Assembly: GCA_010093605.1 (NCBI GenBank)
Contig: MU004193.1
Coordinates: forward strand, 1,061,520 to 1,125,519
Direction of reading: 5' to 3'
Length of the DNA: 64,000 bases
Source: Lophium mytilinum
Lineage: Eukaryota
Shown here: one piece after another, positions 14,601-24,749 of the stretch
Layout of the letters: each line of letters opens with the position of its first letter
How positions within the stretch are numbered: the stretch's first letter is position 1
Notes under the pieces: generated by a model
What the model was told of the DNA's origin: nothing
The model's database searches: none
What the model saw: only the letters and a program-made list of their open reading frames with translations
Position numbers and translations under genes: made by a program

Positions 14601-15721
14601 AGACAGTCGTCGTCGGCCGTGCTCGTCTTGGCGGTATTCCAGTTGGTGTCATCGGCGTTGAAACCCGATCGGTGGAGAACGTCACCCCAGCTGATCCCGC
14701 CAACCCGGATTCTATTGAGCAGGTCACTTCGGAGGCTGGTGGTGTCTGGTACCCCAACTCAGCGTACAAGACGGCCCAGGCCATCCGCGACTTTAACAAC
14801 GGCGAGCAGCTCCCCTTGATGATCCTCGCCAACTGGCGTGGTTTCTCTGGTGGCCAGCGCGACATGTACAACGAGGTTCTCAAGTACGGCTCCATGATCG
14901 TCGACGCGCTCGTCAAGTACGAACAACCCATCTTCGTCTACATCCCCCCGAACGGCGAGCTCCGCGGCGGCTCCTGGGTCGTCGTCGACCCGACCATCAA
15001 CGCGCAGTACATGGAAATGTACGCTGACGAAGACGCCCGCGGCGGCGTCCTCGAGCCCGAAGGCATCGTCGGCATCAAATTCAAGAAAGACCGCCAGCTC
15101 GAGACCATGGCGCGCCTGGACCAGACCTACGGCGACCTAAAGCGCAAGCTCAACAACGCCGCCACCCCGCAGGCCGAACTCGCCAGCATCAAGGCCAAGA
15201 TGACGGAGCGCGAGCAGCTGCTGCTCCCCGTCTACGCGCAGGTCTCGCTGCAGTTCGCCGATCTCCACGACCGCGCGGGCCGCATGCACGCGAAAGGCAC
15301 GATCCGCTCCGCGCTGCGCTGGCAGAACGCCCGCCGCTTCTTCTACTGGCGTCTGCGTCGCCGTCTCAACGAGGAGTATATCCTCAAGCGGGTGGCTCTT
15401 GCTGCGGCGCCGTCGTCGAATGCGGCGACGGTGTCGTCGCCGGATCCGGCGATGCGCGCGAGGGGCTTGGAGATGTTGAAGGCGTGGAGCCAGATTCCGA
15501 AGTTTGAGACGGATGATCGCAGTGTGGCGGTGTGGTATGAGGAGCATCGCAAGGAGGTGCATAATAAGGTGGAGGGGTTGAAGAGGGAGGGGGTGGCGAT
15601 GGAGGTGGCGAGTTTGTTGAGGAGGGATCGCGAGGGCGGGTTGAGGGGGGTTGTGCAGATGCTTGCGACGTTGCCGACGGGGGAGAAGGAGGAGGTGCTT
15701 AAGGCGTTGGCGAGGGCGTAG
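8646..15721 (+). CDS. ACC1: Acetyl-CoA carboxylase (BC, BCCP and CT domains), 4 exons
   Basis: [30 protein letters not shown], biotin-attachment [27 protein letters not shown]; introns 8826-8930, 9197-9252, 14127-14177. Confidence 0.98.
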
Positions 15722-16814
15722 AGAGGGGACGTAAGATGGTTAGAGACCGGGGATTGTACAAAACTTTCATTTGCGACTGCTTTCAGAGATTGGGTTTGAG
15801 AGGGGAGTTTGGTATGGGAAGGGTATCGTGTATCATGGTTAGCGTGCTTATTTGAGTTCTGTACTTCTTCAAGACTGCTTTCTTCATGACAGTGGAATGG
15901 TAGATGAATCCGTGTCTTCTTAACCTCTATCGTAATCCTGCTATGCTGTGAGTGAAAACGATATCGTGCTGTGACTTATAATTCCCAGCAATCCTCTGGT
16001 GACAGCACTTAAAAGATTCAGCCAAGAATTCCATTACCCAGAGAGGCAGATTTCGGATCTGGGGCGGCCGTGACCCGAAAAGCGTGGAGTCCTAGTATGA
16101 TTTTCTCGCCAAGAGATACTATCATAAGCTCCCTTTCTCCCGACCTCCCTCTACTACCACACATCAAATGGCACAGCGTGCTCTTGGTGCTTCTCTCCAT
16201 TGCCTGTACCTCTCAACAACTCGAAACAGTCATTAGATTCCAGGACTAACATCGTCACACTTCGTACGACTAGCCTGCGAAATACAATGCCGCGTGGGGG
16301 TTTCGGCCGCATCCCTGAACCTCAAAAAGTGCGCGCGTCCACGAATCTTCAAAGAATGCGCCAAGTGCTCCACCACGACCCCTCAGATATCAAGCCCTTC
16401 AAGCTCTAGCGCCCAGGAAAGCCAATTCTTCGATCTTGGCGCTCATACGTTACCCCTGGCTTTGTTGTAGGCCGCGTAAGAAGGTCCCAGCGTGGGCAAG
16501 GGCCAAGATCTATGTCACCGAGTTTCTCCCGCCCTCGAGATGGTCCGCGTGAAGGCGGAAAGACTTGGCACGGCGGCTGGCTATCCACTTTGGAGGCTTG
16601 TTTCCGCGTTGCAGGTTTCTTTGTGCTTGGGGACGTAAGTGCTTGCGTATGAGGAGTTGAGGCGGTTGATTCAGTGGATTGATTGGTTGCTTGGCGGTTT
16701 GGATTGCGTGCACCGCTATTGGCATTACGGCGTATGCTGGTAATATTTGTAGCGGAACGGAAGGCCTGAGCGAGGGTGAGGTGAGCTGTTCCTGGCTTTG
16801 GATTCGGTGTGTAG

Positions 16815-16900
16815 ATTTTGCAAAATCTGCGTGTCCAGATCGCGCCAGAGCGTTTTGGTCCACGAGTTTCAAGAAGCCTGTGAGCCACATTGGGTTGTGG
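16815..16900 (-). mobile_element. Possible degenerate pogo/Fot1-type transposase fragment (CENP-B-type HTH region)
   Basis: VAHRLLETRGPKRSGAIWTRRFCK resembles the MANRLL..RG...VG..W..RFVKR segment of fungal pogo-like transposases; no TIRs or DDE domain seen. Confidence 0.3.
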
Positions 16901-17264
16901 CTGAAGGAGCTGATCAGTGCTACTCTGGGGAGCATCTCCTTATTGGGTACGGGGATGGACTGTCTAGGTTCACTCTTGTTTCGATTTGCGATGCCCCCAG
17001 TGCGGAGACAGGCCTTACGTTAAACGCCCCAGGAAGTGCGTAACACATCTGCGCTGATTGGGCGATTTTGGGTATACACAGCTGTTATGATGCAGGGTCG
17101 CCAACTGTGTCTTGTATGCTTTACAAGTGTAGTACTCGGCAGGAAGTATATATACTGGTCATCTGTTCTCTCTACATCTTTATCTACACTCAAGCCTTCC
17201 GTCTTATACACCATCTTCAACTTCAACGCTCTCTCGCAAGATCTCATCCCTTCAATTCGTCAAC

Positions 17265-18568
17265 ATGGTCGTCTTCTCCACTTTCACTACAGCAGTTGTT
17301 GCTGCGTCCCTTCTCAATTCTGCCCTCGCCCATCCAGGCGAACAACATGATGCTGATCACGTCAAGCGTGAGCTTGAGGTCCGCGATCACTACGCCAACC
17401 ACGCAGCTAGATCTCTGGCCAATTGCGCTGGCACTGTCAAGGCTCGACATCTTGAGCAGCGTGCCATTGCTCGACGACATGCAACTGCCGAGAAACTTCG
17501 CGCCAAACGTGGTATCTCCAGCCGTGAGTCTTCCCGTAGCATTCATACCATTGAAGCGCCGTATCTAACTCTCACAGGCCCATACTTCCACCGTCGCGAC
17601 CTTACCAGCCTCGAGGCATTCGAAACAGTCAACCACAACATGACTGGCAGCGTCTCCGACCCTTCTACCATCTTCGCCGCCAACACCAGCTGCATCATGA
17701 CGCCCGAAGTCACCATCGGCCCATACTACGTCCTCGGCGAGCTTGTCCGCTCCAACTTGACGGAGACTGAGCCCGGCATCCCAATCCATCTCGAGTTTCA
17801 GTTCATCGACATCAACACCTGTGCCCCCGTTCCCTCCCTCCTTATCGACATCTGGGCCGCCAACTCCACGGGTTCATACTCCGGTGTTGCTGCCACAGGC
17901 CAGGGTGGTCTCAACTCGACTTACATGCGTGGTGTACAGCCGACCGATTCTGACGGTGTCGCGCAGTTCGATACGATCTTCCCCGGCCATTACGACGGCC
18001 GCGCTACCCACAATCATGTAGTCGCGCACGTCAACGCCAGCATTCTGAGCAACGGGAGCTATACGGGTGGATCGGTCGCTCATATCGGGCAGCTGTTCTT
18101 CGACGAGAGCTTGCGGTCCGCAGTTGAAGCGACCTACCCGTACAGCCAGAACGAGGCCGAGGTCACAAGCAATGACGATGATATGTGGGCGCCGGGTCAG
18201 GCGGATAATAGCTATGATCCGTTCCCGGAGTTTGTCTACTTGACTGACGATATTACTGGTAAGCGACCACAAGTTTATGATATATCTTCGTGATGAGTGG
18301 TCTAATGAGTTTTACAGATGGTCTTCTTATGTGGATCTCTGTGGGTATTGATCCCACCGTCAACCGCAACTCCAACGTAAGCTATGCTGCGTATCTCGCC
18401 GCTGATGGGGGTCATGCTACCGGCACTACTCTCGGCGGAGGTGGCAATGGTACCAATAGCACGGTGCCGTCCGGTGCGGTGCCTAGCGGGACTGCAGCTC
18501 CTGTGAAGAGGGGTCTTGGGTACAACTTGAAGAAGCTGTTTGCGGGGTCTGCTGCTAGGATGCATTGA
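17265..18568 (+). CDS. Secreted intradiol ring-cleavage dioxygenase-like protein, 3 exons
   Basis: Signal peptide then AHPG; PEVTIGPYY, IDIWAANSTGSYSG, RGVQPTDSDGVAQFDTIFPGHYDGRATHNH, HIGQLFFDE; introns 17524-17577 and 18259-18317. Confidence 0.9.
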
Positions 18569-19509
18569 GTGATTGGGATGCATTAAGCGATCTTTTAAAA
18601 GAGATAACTGTAGATTTGGCTCAGTGAGGATCGGATTTCATGTACTTGTGGGACTGTGCTGAGACGCTTCGTTTCGAAGGAAGGTGACGATATATGTATC
18701 CCAAATAGCTCTTCCCAGACGCCTTAAGTAGCGGCAAGGTACAATAACAAAACATAAGTTTAGGCACTTTTTTAAACTGCTTCGCAAACTTCAGTAAGCT
18801 TTGGAAGCTCCATGTACAAATTCAGATCACGCAGTGGAAGCTAGACTATCTTTTGACCAATCAAAGATACATTTCCTAGGGCACTCCTTACAGTGGTGAT
18901 GGGAGAGCAAGAGCGAAATAAGAGCTATTAAATATCCGGGGGTCCAAACTTATGACCTAGTAAGTAGAGCAATTCGGAGCCTATGAACCCATTCTAATTA
19001 TGGCTATACGATCTATGATCTCTTCGAATGCTCTGATAATGCGATGAGGCGCCTTATACGAACGGCGGGTAAGCGTATGCAGACCAATACTTAGAGACTG
19101 TAGGATGGGAATGCGGTCGATTGTGGAGTATGGGAGAGAATCTATTGCAGAGGTTGAGTCACGCACGATGGGCAAGCAAGCTGAATTTGGAAAAAAACGG
19201 GTTCATTCTAATACTCAACCCCTTCCCAACATCCTTTCTCTAGTGGATCGACCACCTTGACGGTGATCGCTCCCTTCATGAATAAGAAAGCCCGTTTCTC
19301 TTCCAACCCGTTCTTTTGGTCATGCACTGACTATCGCTCGGGATCTCGCATATAACCCGATCCAGGCATATACGCCCACCCAAAGCGCCGAAGGCCTGAA
19401 TATCATCTCAAAGAGAACGTACACACTCTTCCCAGCACCCAAGTGACGGACCATCCACCACGACACAACTTCAAGCATGTACATAATCCTCAGTCTCGTG
19501 ATAGCCGCC

Positions 19510-20031
19510 CTACTCGTCTCCCAACCGCATCCTCTGCTTCTCTTCCTCCATGTGGCTATCAATGAGTCCCAGCTTGCCTGCCGACTCCACCTCAATAATC
19601 TCCACGTGTTCTTTGGCCCGCTTTCTAATGTTTTCTTTCTCGGCGTCAAGTAGATAGTAGGGGTCTCCACGGAGAATGCGCATTTCCTCAATATAGTTTA
19701 ACTTGATGTCGGCGATCTCGATCCGTAGTTCCGCCCTCTTCTTGAGCCCTTCCATATTCACCTGTATGGCCTCACGTTCAAGCTCGAACAGCCGGGGGCT
19801 CTTGTAGGGGTGGACGAGCTTCCTACGGATGACTGCGCGTTTCTCGGGATCGGTATCAAGTTTAGTCTTCATTGCGTCCGTGTATGTGGTGACCTGGGAC
19901 CGATTCGCCTCCTCCGCCGGGTTGTGTAGTGTAGGCTTGAGCTGAAGTTCATGCGGCTCTGAAATGCTGTCGAAGTCTCGCTTCCCACGATTGGATTTGG
20001 GCCGCATCTCTAGGGTGTATTGGTGGGTCAT
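19510..20031 (-). CDS. Hypothetical 173-aa charged, coiled-coil-like protein
   Basis: ATG-started ORF with E/K/R-rich helical composition and a TATA-like CTTATAA about 120 bp upstream; no family recognised. Confidence 0.6.
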   Translation of the reverse strand: MTHQYTLEMRPKSNRGKRDFDSISEPHELQLKPTLHNPAEEANRSQVTTYTDAMKTKLDTDPEKRAVIRRKLVHPYKSPRLFELEREAIQVNMEGLKKRAELRIEIADIKLNYIEEMRILRGDPYYLLDAEKENIRKRAKEHVEIIEVESAGKLGLIDSHMEEEKQRMRLGDE

Positions 20032-20164
20032 GGTGCCCGTTGTCTGGGTTGCAGAGTGATCAGCTGTTGTGGCCGGTGTTGGGGTTTCTTGGAGGTCGAT
20101 CCATTCGTTGCTGTCTGTGAATCTCTATCGTGTCTGTTGAGAGGGGGTTATAAGCAGCCTTTGA

Positions 20165-20385
20165 TCCACGTGATGCCACGTGATTTTCTAGCTCCTTCGG
20201 GAAAGACCTCGGAAACCATTGATCCAGGAGTGCAACTTACCCTACCATAAATTGGATCTTGCTTAGCAATGCGAGCTCAACTCTTGGAGTTGAACCCTTT
20301 CTGAAGCCCTGTCAGGCCAGGCTTGCCCAACGAGGTAACTTGAGTCACGTGGTAATTTCTAACCCAAGCTTAGGACCTATCTGAG
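20165..20385. repeat. Two diverged copies, in opposite orientations, of the CACGTG module of the 33/36 kb repeats
   Basis: 20315-20352 ggccaggcttgcccaacgaggtaacttgagtcacgtgg resembles ggccaagtcctacccgaacgagtagctccagtcacgtgg (33168-33206); 20176-20212 resembles its reverse complement. Confidence 0.55.
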
Positions 20386-20570
20386 TGATTTTGGTTATAT
20401 GACTAGGCCGTTAGATGTTAGGTTTTGATTTGTGAAGGAGGTTGGTGGAGATTCTATCGATCTATTCTAAAAACTTGGGAGCTGTCCATATATGCAGTCT
20501 ACTACTCCTGCTATCACTTAAAACTTATTGAAGCAGATGATTCTCTCAAGCCCTAGCTCGGCCCTTTGTC

Positions 20571-21734
20571 TCAATGACTGCTCTTCAAAAACGCAAGAAT
20601 GCCCTCGACCACTCTTTCTGGCTGCTCCTGCTGGGGCCAATGACCCGCATGCTCTATAAATTTGACCCCATAGAACTTAGTACACGCACTATCCAGCTTG
20701 TCCAGCGCCCCAGGCTGCTGGTAATTCCCCCAGTCCTTCTCCCCACTCAGAAAAAGCGCCGGCACCTCGATCTTCTTCCCGGAAAAAAGGTCCATATCCC
20801 TCGCCAATTTCGGATCCGTCTGGCTCCGATACCAGTTCAAACCCCCCTGAAACCCCGTTCGCCCCCACTCTTTCACATAAACATCCAAATCTTCCTCCGA
20901 CATCCAGCTCGTCGTCTTCTTCTCATCTTCCCCCTCCATCAACTCCGCCACAACCTCCGGCATCGAGGAATGGAAAGGCATGATATAATACTCCGGCATC
21001 TTCGCCAACTCCTCCGCCTCCCACGCCGCGAGCGGATGCGGCTTGTTACCCTCCCAATCCGCGCTCTTCAGATGCAAATACCCTCGTAGGAACTTATGCA
21101 GGCCTTGCCCCGGACACGCCCAATTAATCGACGCAACAGCAGTAGAATTATACCACTTATAATGCTTCCTCGGCTCCGGCAGCGACGCGAGCTCCTTCTG
21201 GATATCCCTCGGCTCCTCGATCTTCGCGCCTATAGCACGGACGTTGAAAGGCAGAGGGCCCGGTTCTTTGAACGGATGGCTCATCGTTACAACCCGTTCG
21301 AACAGATCCGGCCGCATGAGTGCGCACATCGAGGCCGCGACGGCGCCGAAGTCGTGGCCGATCACGCAATGCACGGTTGAGTAGCCGAGTGCGGACACGA
21401 GGATGACCATATCGCGCACGAGGTTCGTCATGGTGAACTGGGATAGGTCGACGGTGGAGAAGGAGGACTCGTCCCAGTCGGTTGTGCGGCCATAGCCGCG
21501 CTGGTCCGGGGCGACGACGTGGTAGCCGGCGGCAGCAAGGGGGAGCATGATTTTGCGCCAGGAAAAGGCGAGTTCGGGGAAGCCGTGGAGGAGGAGTAGG
21601 AGGGGCTTGTCCGCAGCGCCGGTTTCGAGGAAGTGGTAGGTTAGGTTGTTGGAGGTGCAGTGGATGGAGGATTGGGATATGCCGTGGGGCAGGGGGAGGG
21701 GCGGGAGTCTTTGGATGCTGGATTTGGTGGACAT
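20571..21734 (-). CDS. Alpha/beta-hydrolase, epoxide hydrolase family
   Basis: LLHGFPELAFSWR, APDQRGYG, nucleophile GHDFGA, LNWYR, catalytic GHWPQQE; likely start MSTKSS at 21734. Confidence 0.92.
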   Translation of the reverse strand: MSTKSSIQRLPPLPLPHGISQSSIHCTSNNLTYHFLETGAADKPLLLLLHGFPELAFSWRKIMLPLAAAGYHVVAPDQRGYGRTTDWDESSFSTVDLSQFTMTNLVRDMVILVSALGYSTVHCVIGHDFGAVAASMCALMRPDLFERVVTMSHPFKEPGPLPFNVRAIGAKIEEPRDIQKELASLPEPRKHYKWYNSTAVASINWACPGQGLHKFLRGYLHLKSADWEGNKPHPLAAWEAEELAKMPEYYIMPFHSSMPEVVAELMEGEDEKKTTSWMSEEDLDVYVKEWGRTGFQGGLNWYRSQTDPKLARDMDLFSGKKIEVPALFLSGEKDWGNYQQPGALDKLDSACTKFYGVKFIEHAGHWPQQEQPERVVEGILAFLKSSH

Positions 21735-22554
21735 GGTTGTGGTGGGATGGATTATGGGGTAAGACGATGTATGTATTAGGAGAATGAAAGATGAAGTGTG
21801 AAGACAGATCGCTTGCGGAATTTTGTAGACAGGATCAAAGCAAGTGTGGACGAAGTTATTACGGATGAACAAGCCTCAACTGTCCAACTGCCTTTTGGAA
21901 ACTCGTTGACGGCTCGTAGCGAGCTGGGAATGACGCTATATCTTGGACAGGTTCGTCAAGCGCAAAAGTATTAGGAGACGGGTTGGAGTTGGATGTTGGT
22001 CGTCTTCGTCGTCAGTCGAGGTGGAGTGCAAGGATGATCGCCAGCGCAGCCGAGTAAGGGTAATAGACCGCGGGCTTAAAATAGGACCATTTCGCGAAAC
22101 CTATCTATTCAGGTAGGCTACATGGTTCAAGGGAAATACGTTGTTATAGGGTTCAGTCCAGTAAATCGGGGTCCTAACTTCCTCGATTGTATTTCGGATA
22201 AGCTAAATAGCCCCTTTTACATTCATCGTTAGTAATGGCGGTGCTCAATATCGTTCAATGCCCCCGAGTCATGGTCACACATCGGAGACGAGGGGCTCGA
22301 CCAAGTGAAGTCCTCTCTTCTGGATGATGAAAGCAGCTTAGTCAATGTCAATGGTGTACTAGTGCCTATAGATTCGCAGAATTAGGGCTTTAAGGGTGCG
22401 AGCTGTGCCATGCGAGTTCATCGTGTACCTGGGCTTGGGATATCAGATGATTCGAATCGCATTACTGCGTGGACTGAAATACTTCAGTGCTATTGCGAGA
22501 CAAATAATGCCCCAATAGTAGCGTTGAAGGCACATGGATCAGGATCTCGATGCA

Positions 22555-23097
22555 TCAGACCTTCACAAACTCCCAAACGAGCCCACCATTGCCGCCATCC
22601 GCAATCTTCGCCAACTTCTCCACTCCCTGCTCTTTCTTAATACCCACGTGCCAAAGTCTCTCGAAATGCGTCATCAGCATCACATACCCTCCCTCTGGCC
22701 TCAATCGCACGCTAAAGTTCTCCCATGATTGATGTTTCCCGGCTGCGCAGCGCAATCTTCTTTTATCATCGTGCCCTAAGAAACGGCCTGAGACGGTATT
22801 TCGGAAACCAAGCCAGCCTTTCGTTTCCACGCACGCCCAGTGAATGGAGCCGCGGCCGCCGGGTGGGGCGAGGATGATCTGACCGTCGACCAGCGTGATC
22901 ACGTGGCCAGATGAGGCTGAACGGATGATAAAGGTGGAGCCTGGCCAAGGAACCGAGGAGTTGCTCTTGATGTCACCAGATGCGTAGTCTTCGTCCATGA
23001 GGTTTGCTACGACGGTTTCAGGTGGCGTGGCGGCTGTGTAGACGGTGGAGTTGTCGTCGTCCGAGATGGCTTGGGGGTCGATATGGTTGAGGACCAT
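22555..23097 (-). CDS. Conserved fungal hypothetical protein, probably beta-trefoil/ricin-B-like
   Basis: PWPGSTFII, HWACVETKGWLGFRN..SGRFLGHD, WENF, terminal WEFVKV; start assumed at MVLNH. Confidence 0.65.
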   Translation of the reverse strand: MVLNHIDPQAISDDDNSTVYTAATPPETVVANLMDEDYASGDIKSNSSVPWPGSTFIIRSASSGHVITLVDGQIILAPPGGRGSIHWACVETKGWLGFRNTVSGRFLGHDDKRRLRCAAGKHQSWENFSVRLRPEGGYVMLMTHFERLWHVGIKKEQGVEKLAKIADGGNGGLVWEFVKV

Positions 23098-23597
23098 GGT
23101 CGATGAGTCCTGCAAGATCTTGATAGTTGAGAGACTGTGTATGGTAGGTCTAGTAGGAGCATTCACTAAGAGATGGGCTGGGTTGCTCAAGAAACGAACA
23201 ATCAAGGGTTGTTGTCGATGGGGGAGACGACGTTGCTCAGGCGAGTGGCAGGCTGAAACTCCCTATTGAATTATCTATTTTTAGGGAATTTCAGCCTTCA
23301 TCCCTTTACATCTTCCATCAATCACTTCCATCAACCACCATTCCGCCCTTCCACTCCTCATCAGCAATAGGCTGCGGAAGTACAATTTGCTCGAGTGGAC
23401 TCGGAGTCCATTCAGGACTAGGTAACTCTTCGTAGCTATTTTGTCCACTTAAGACGTTTGTTCATATATCCGACGTCCTATACTCGTCGACAAAGCTCAA
23501 TCAGAAAATGACCCAATGCTCCTGTCTCTTCGGCCCACATTCCCAATGATCCAGTCGTGGTATAGAGCGACAAAGAGATCATCGCCCTCTAACTAAG

Positions 23598-24134
23598 CTA
23601 GATAGGAAGCGTCACAGCATCCTCCGGATCCCACCACGCAACCCACGCCACAAGAAAGATCAGCAACCCCATCGTAACCCACAGCCAATTCCACATCGTC
23701 ACAGACGTAACCAGAACGGAGAGGTAAGATCCTCCAACTAACCCCACATGAACGAAAAACATGACGCCCAAAAAGGAGTCGAAATGGTGCTTCTCCCAGA
23801 CAGCCCCAAAGACCCTCCTTGCGCCATGCATGTTTCCGATCAGATGCATGCAGTACGCGACCATGCAGAAGGATATGGCACCAATGAGGATGGATGGGAG
23901 CATAGAGGGGTCCATGCTCTGGCGGACGAGTATGAAGATGTCCTGACCGGTACGCATGAGAAGGATGCTAAGCATGCCGATGCGCCGCAGCATGTCCGAG
24001 CGGTCGGACACGAGTGGGTTGAAGCTCGAGACGGTCAAGCCGGGCCAGCAAGTGCGCATGTTGGGGCATGAACGCGATGAGATTGGCGCGAAGGGGCTAG
24101 TCCGGATCTCACGACCATAGCGGTAAGCAGGCAT
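23598..24134 (-). CDS. Hypothetical integral membrane protein (about 4 TM segments)
   Basis: 178-aa ATG ORF with several hydrophobic stretches (ILIGAISFCMVAY, FLGVMFFVHVGLVGG, WLWVTMGLLIFLVAWVAWW). Confidence 0.6.
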   Translation of the reverse strand: MPAYRYGREIRTSPFAPISSRSCPNMRTCWPGLTVSSFNPLVSDRSDMLRRIGMLSILLMRTGQDIFILVRQSMDPSMLPSILIGAISFCMVAYCMHLIGNMHGARRVFGAVWEKHHFDSFLGVMFFVHVGLVGGSYLSVLVTSVTMWNWLWVTMGLLIFLVAWVAWWDPEDAVTLPI

Positions 24135-24749
24135 GTTGGGAAAGGCGGTTCGGCAGAGGGGCGTCAGAAAAAGTAAGACTCTGAGGGAGACGAAGGGCGG
24201 ATGGATCTTTGGGTATGGTGAGCGATTTTAACGAGATTTGTTGAGAAAGAGAAGCCTAGAGGTTGGGAACGAAGTGTAATTCGAGAACGCAAGACTAAAG
24301 TTATGGTAAAGGAAATCTCACGTAGAAGTGATGCCTAAAGTTGCAACGAAAGAGAGGATCCGGTTTTCGGGGAGCCTCGGGGATTTGAATTGCAGGCTTC
24401 GCCCCCAAGGCCAAGGCCTTCGCCGTAAGGACTTCGCCGCAAAATGCATCCGAAACATCTAAACTTATCCTATAGGCGCTGCTAATTGAGGCTGTATACT
24501 CGCGACGTCATAGAGTTACTTGGGACAAAACCCTATCTCTTACCTTGCGAAAGGACAACGCAAGACGGGAGCTTTTCCTAATATAAAAGGCGAGTCATGT
24601 GACTCTGAAATCCGTCGAAGCATGAGTCAGGATATAAGCGGCGAGCGAGAGGGGTCGCCATGTTCCCAGTCCCAGATAAACCCACCGATTCCTCTCAAAG
24701 CTATCTAAACTCACTTTACAGCCGAGTCTACTCTGACGCTTGAAACGGA

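Noticed and set aside
9061..15562. Many long antisense or alternate-frame ORFs over ACC1 (also over DUF4419, the carboxypeptidase, tannase and NmrA)
   Set aside because: Shadow ORFs expected from GC-rich codon bias; no recognisable motifs
21735..21872. N-terminal extension of the epoxide hydrolase given in the ORF track
   Set aside because: Begins at TTG and reads like 5' UTR; the ATG at 21734 has a good ACAACCATG context
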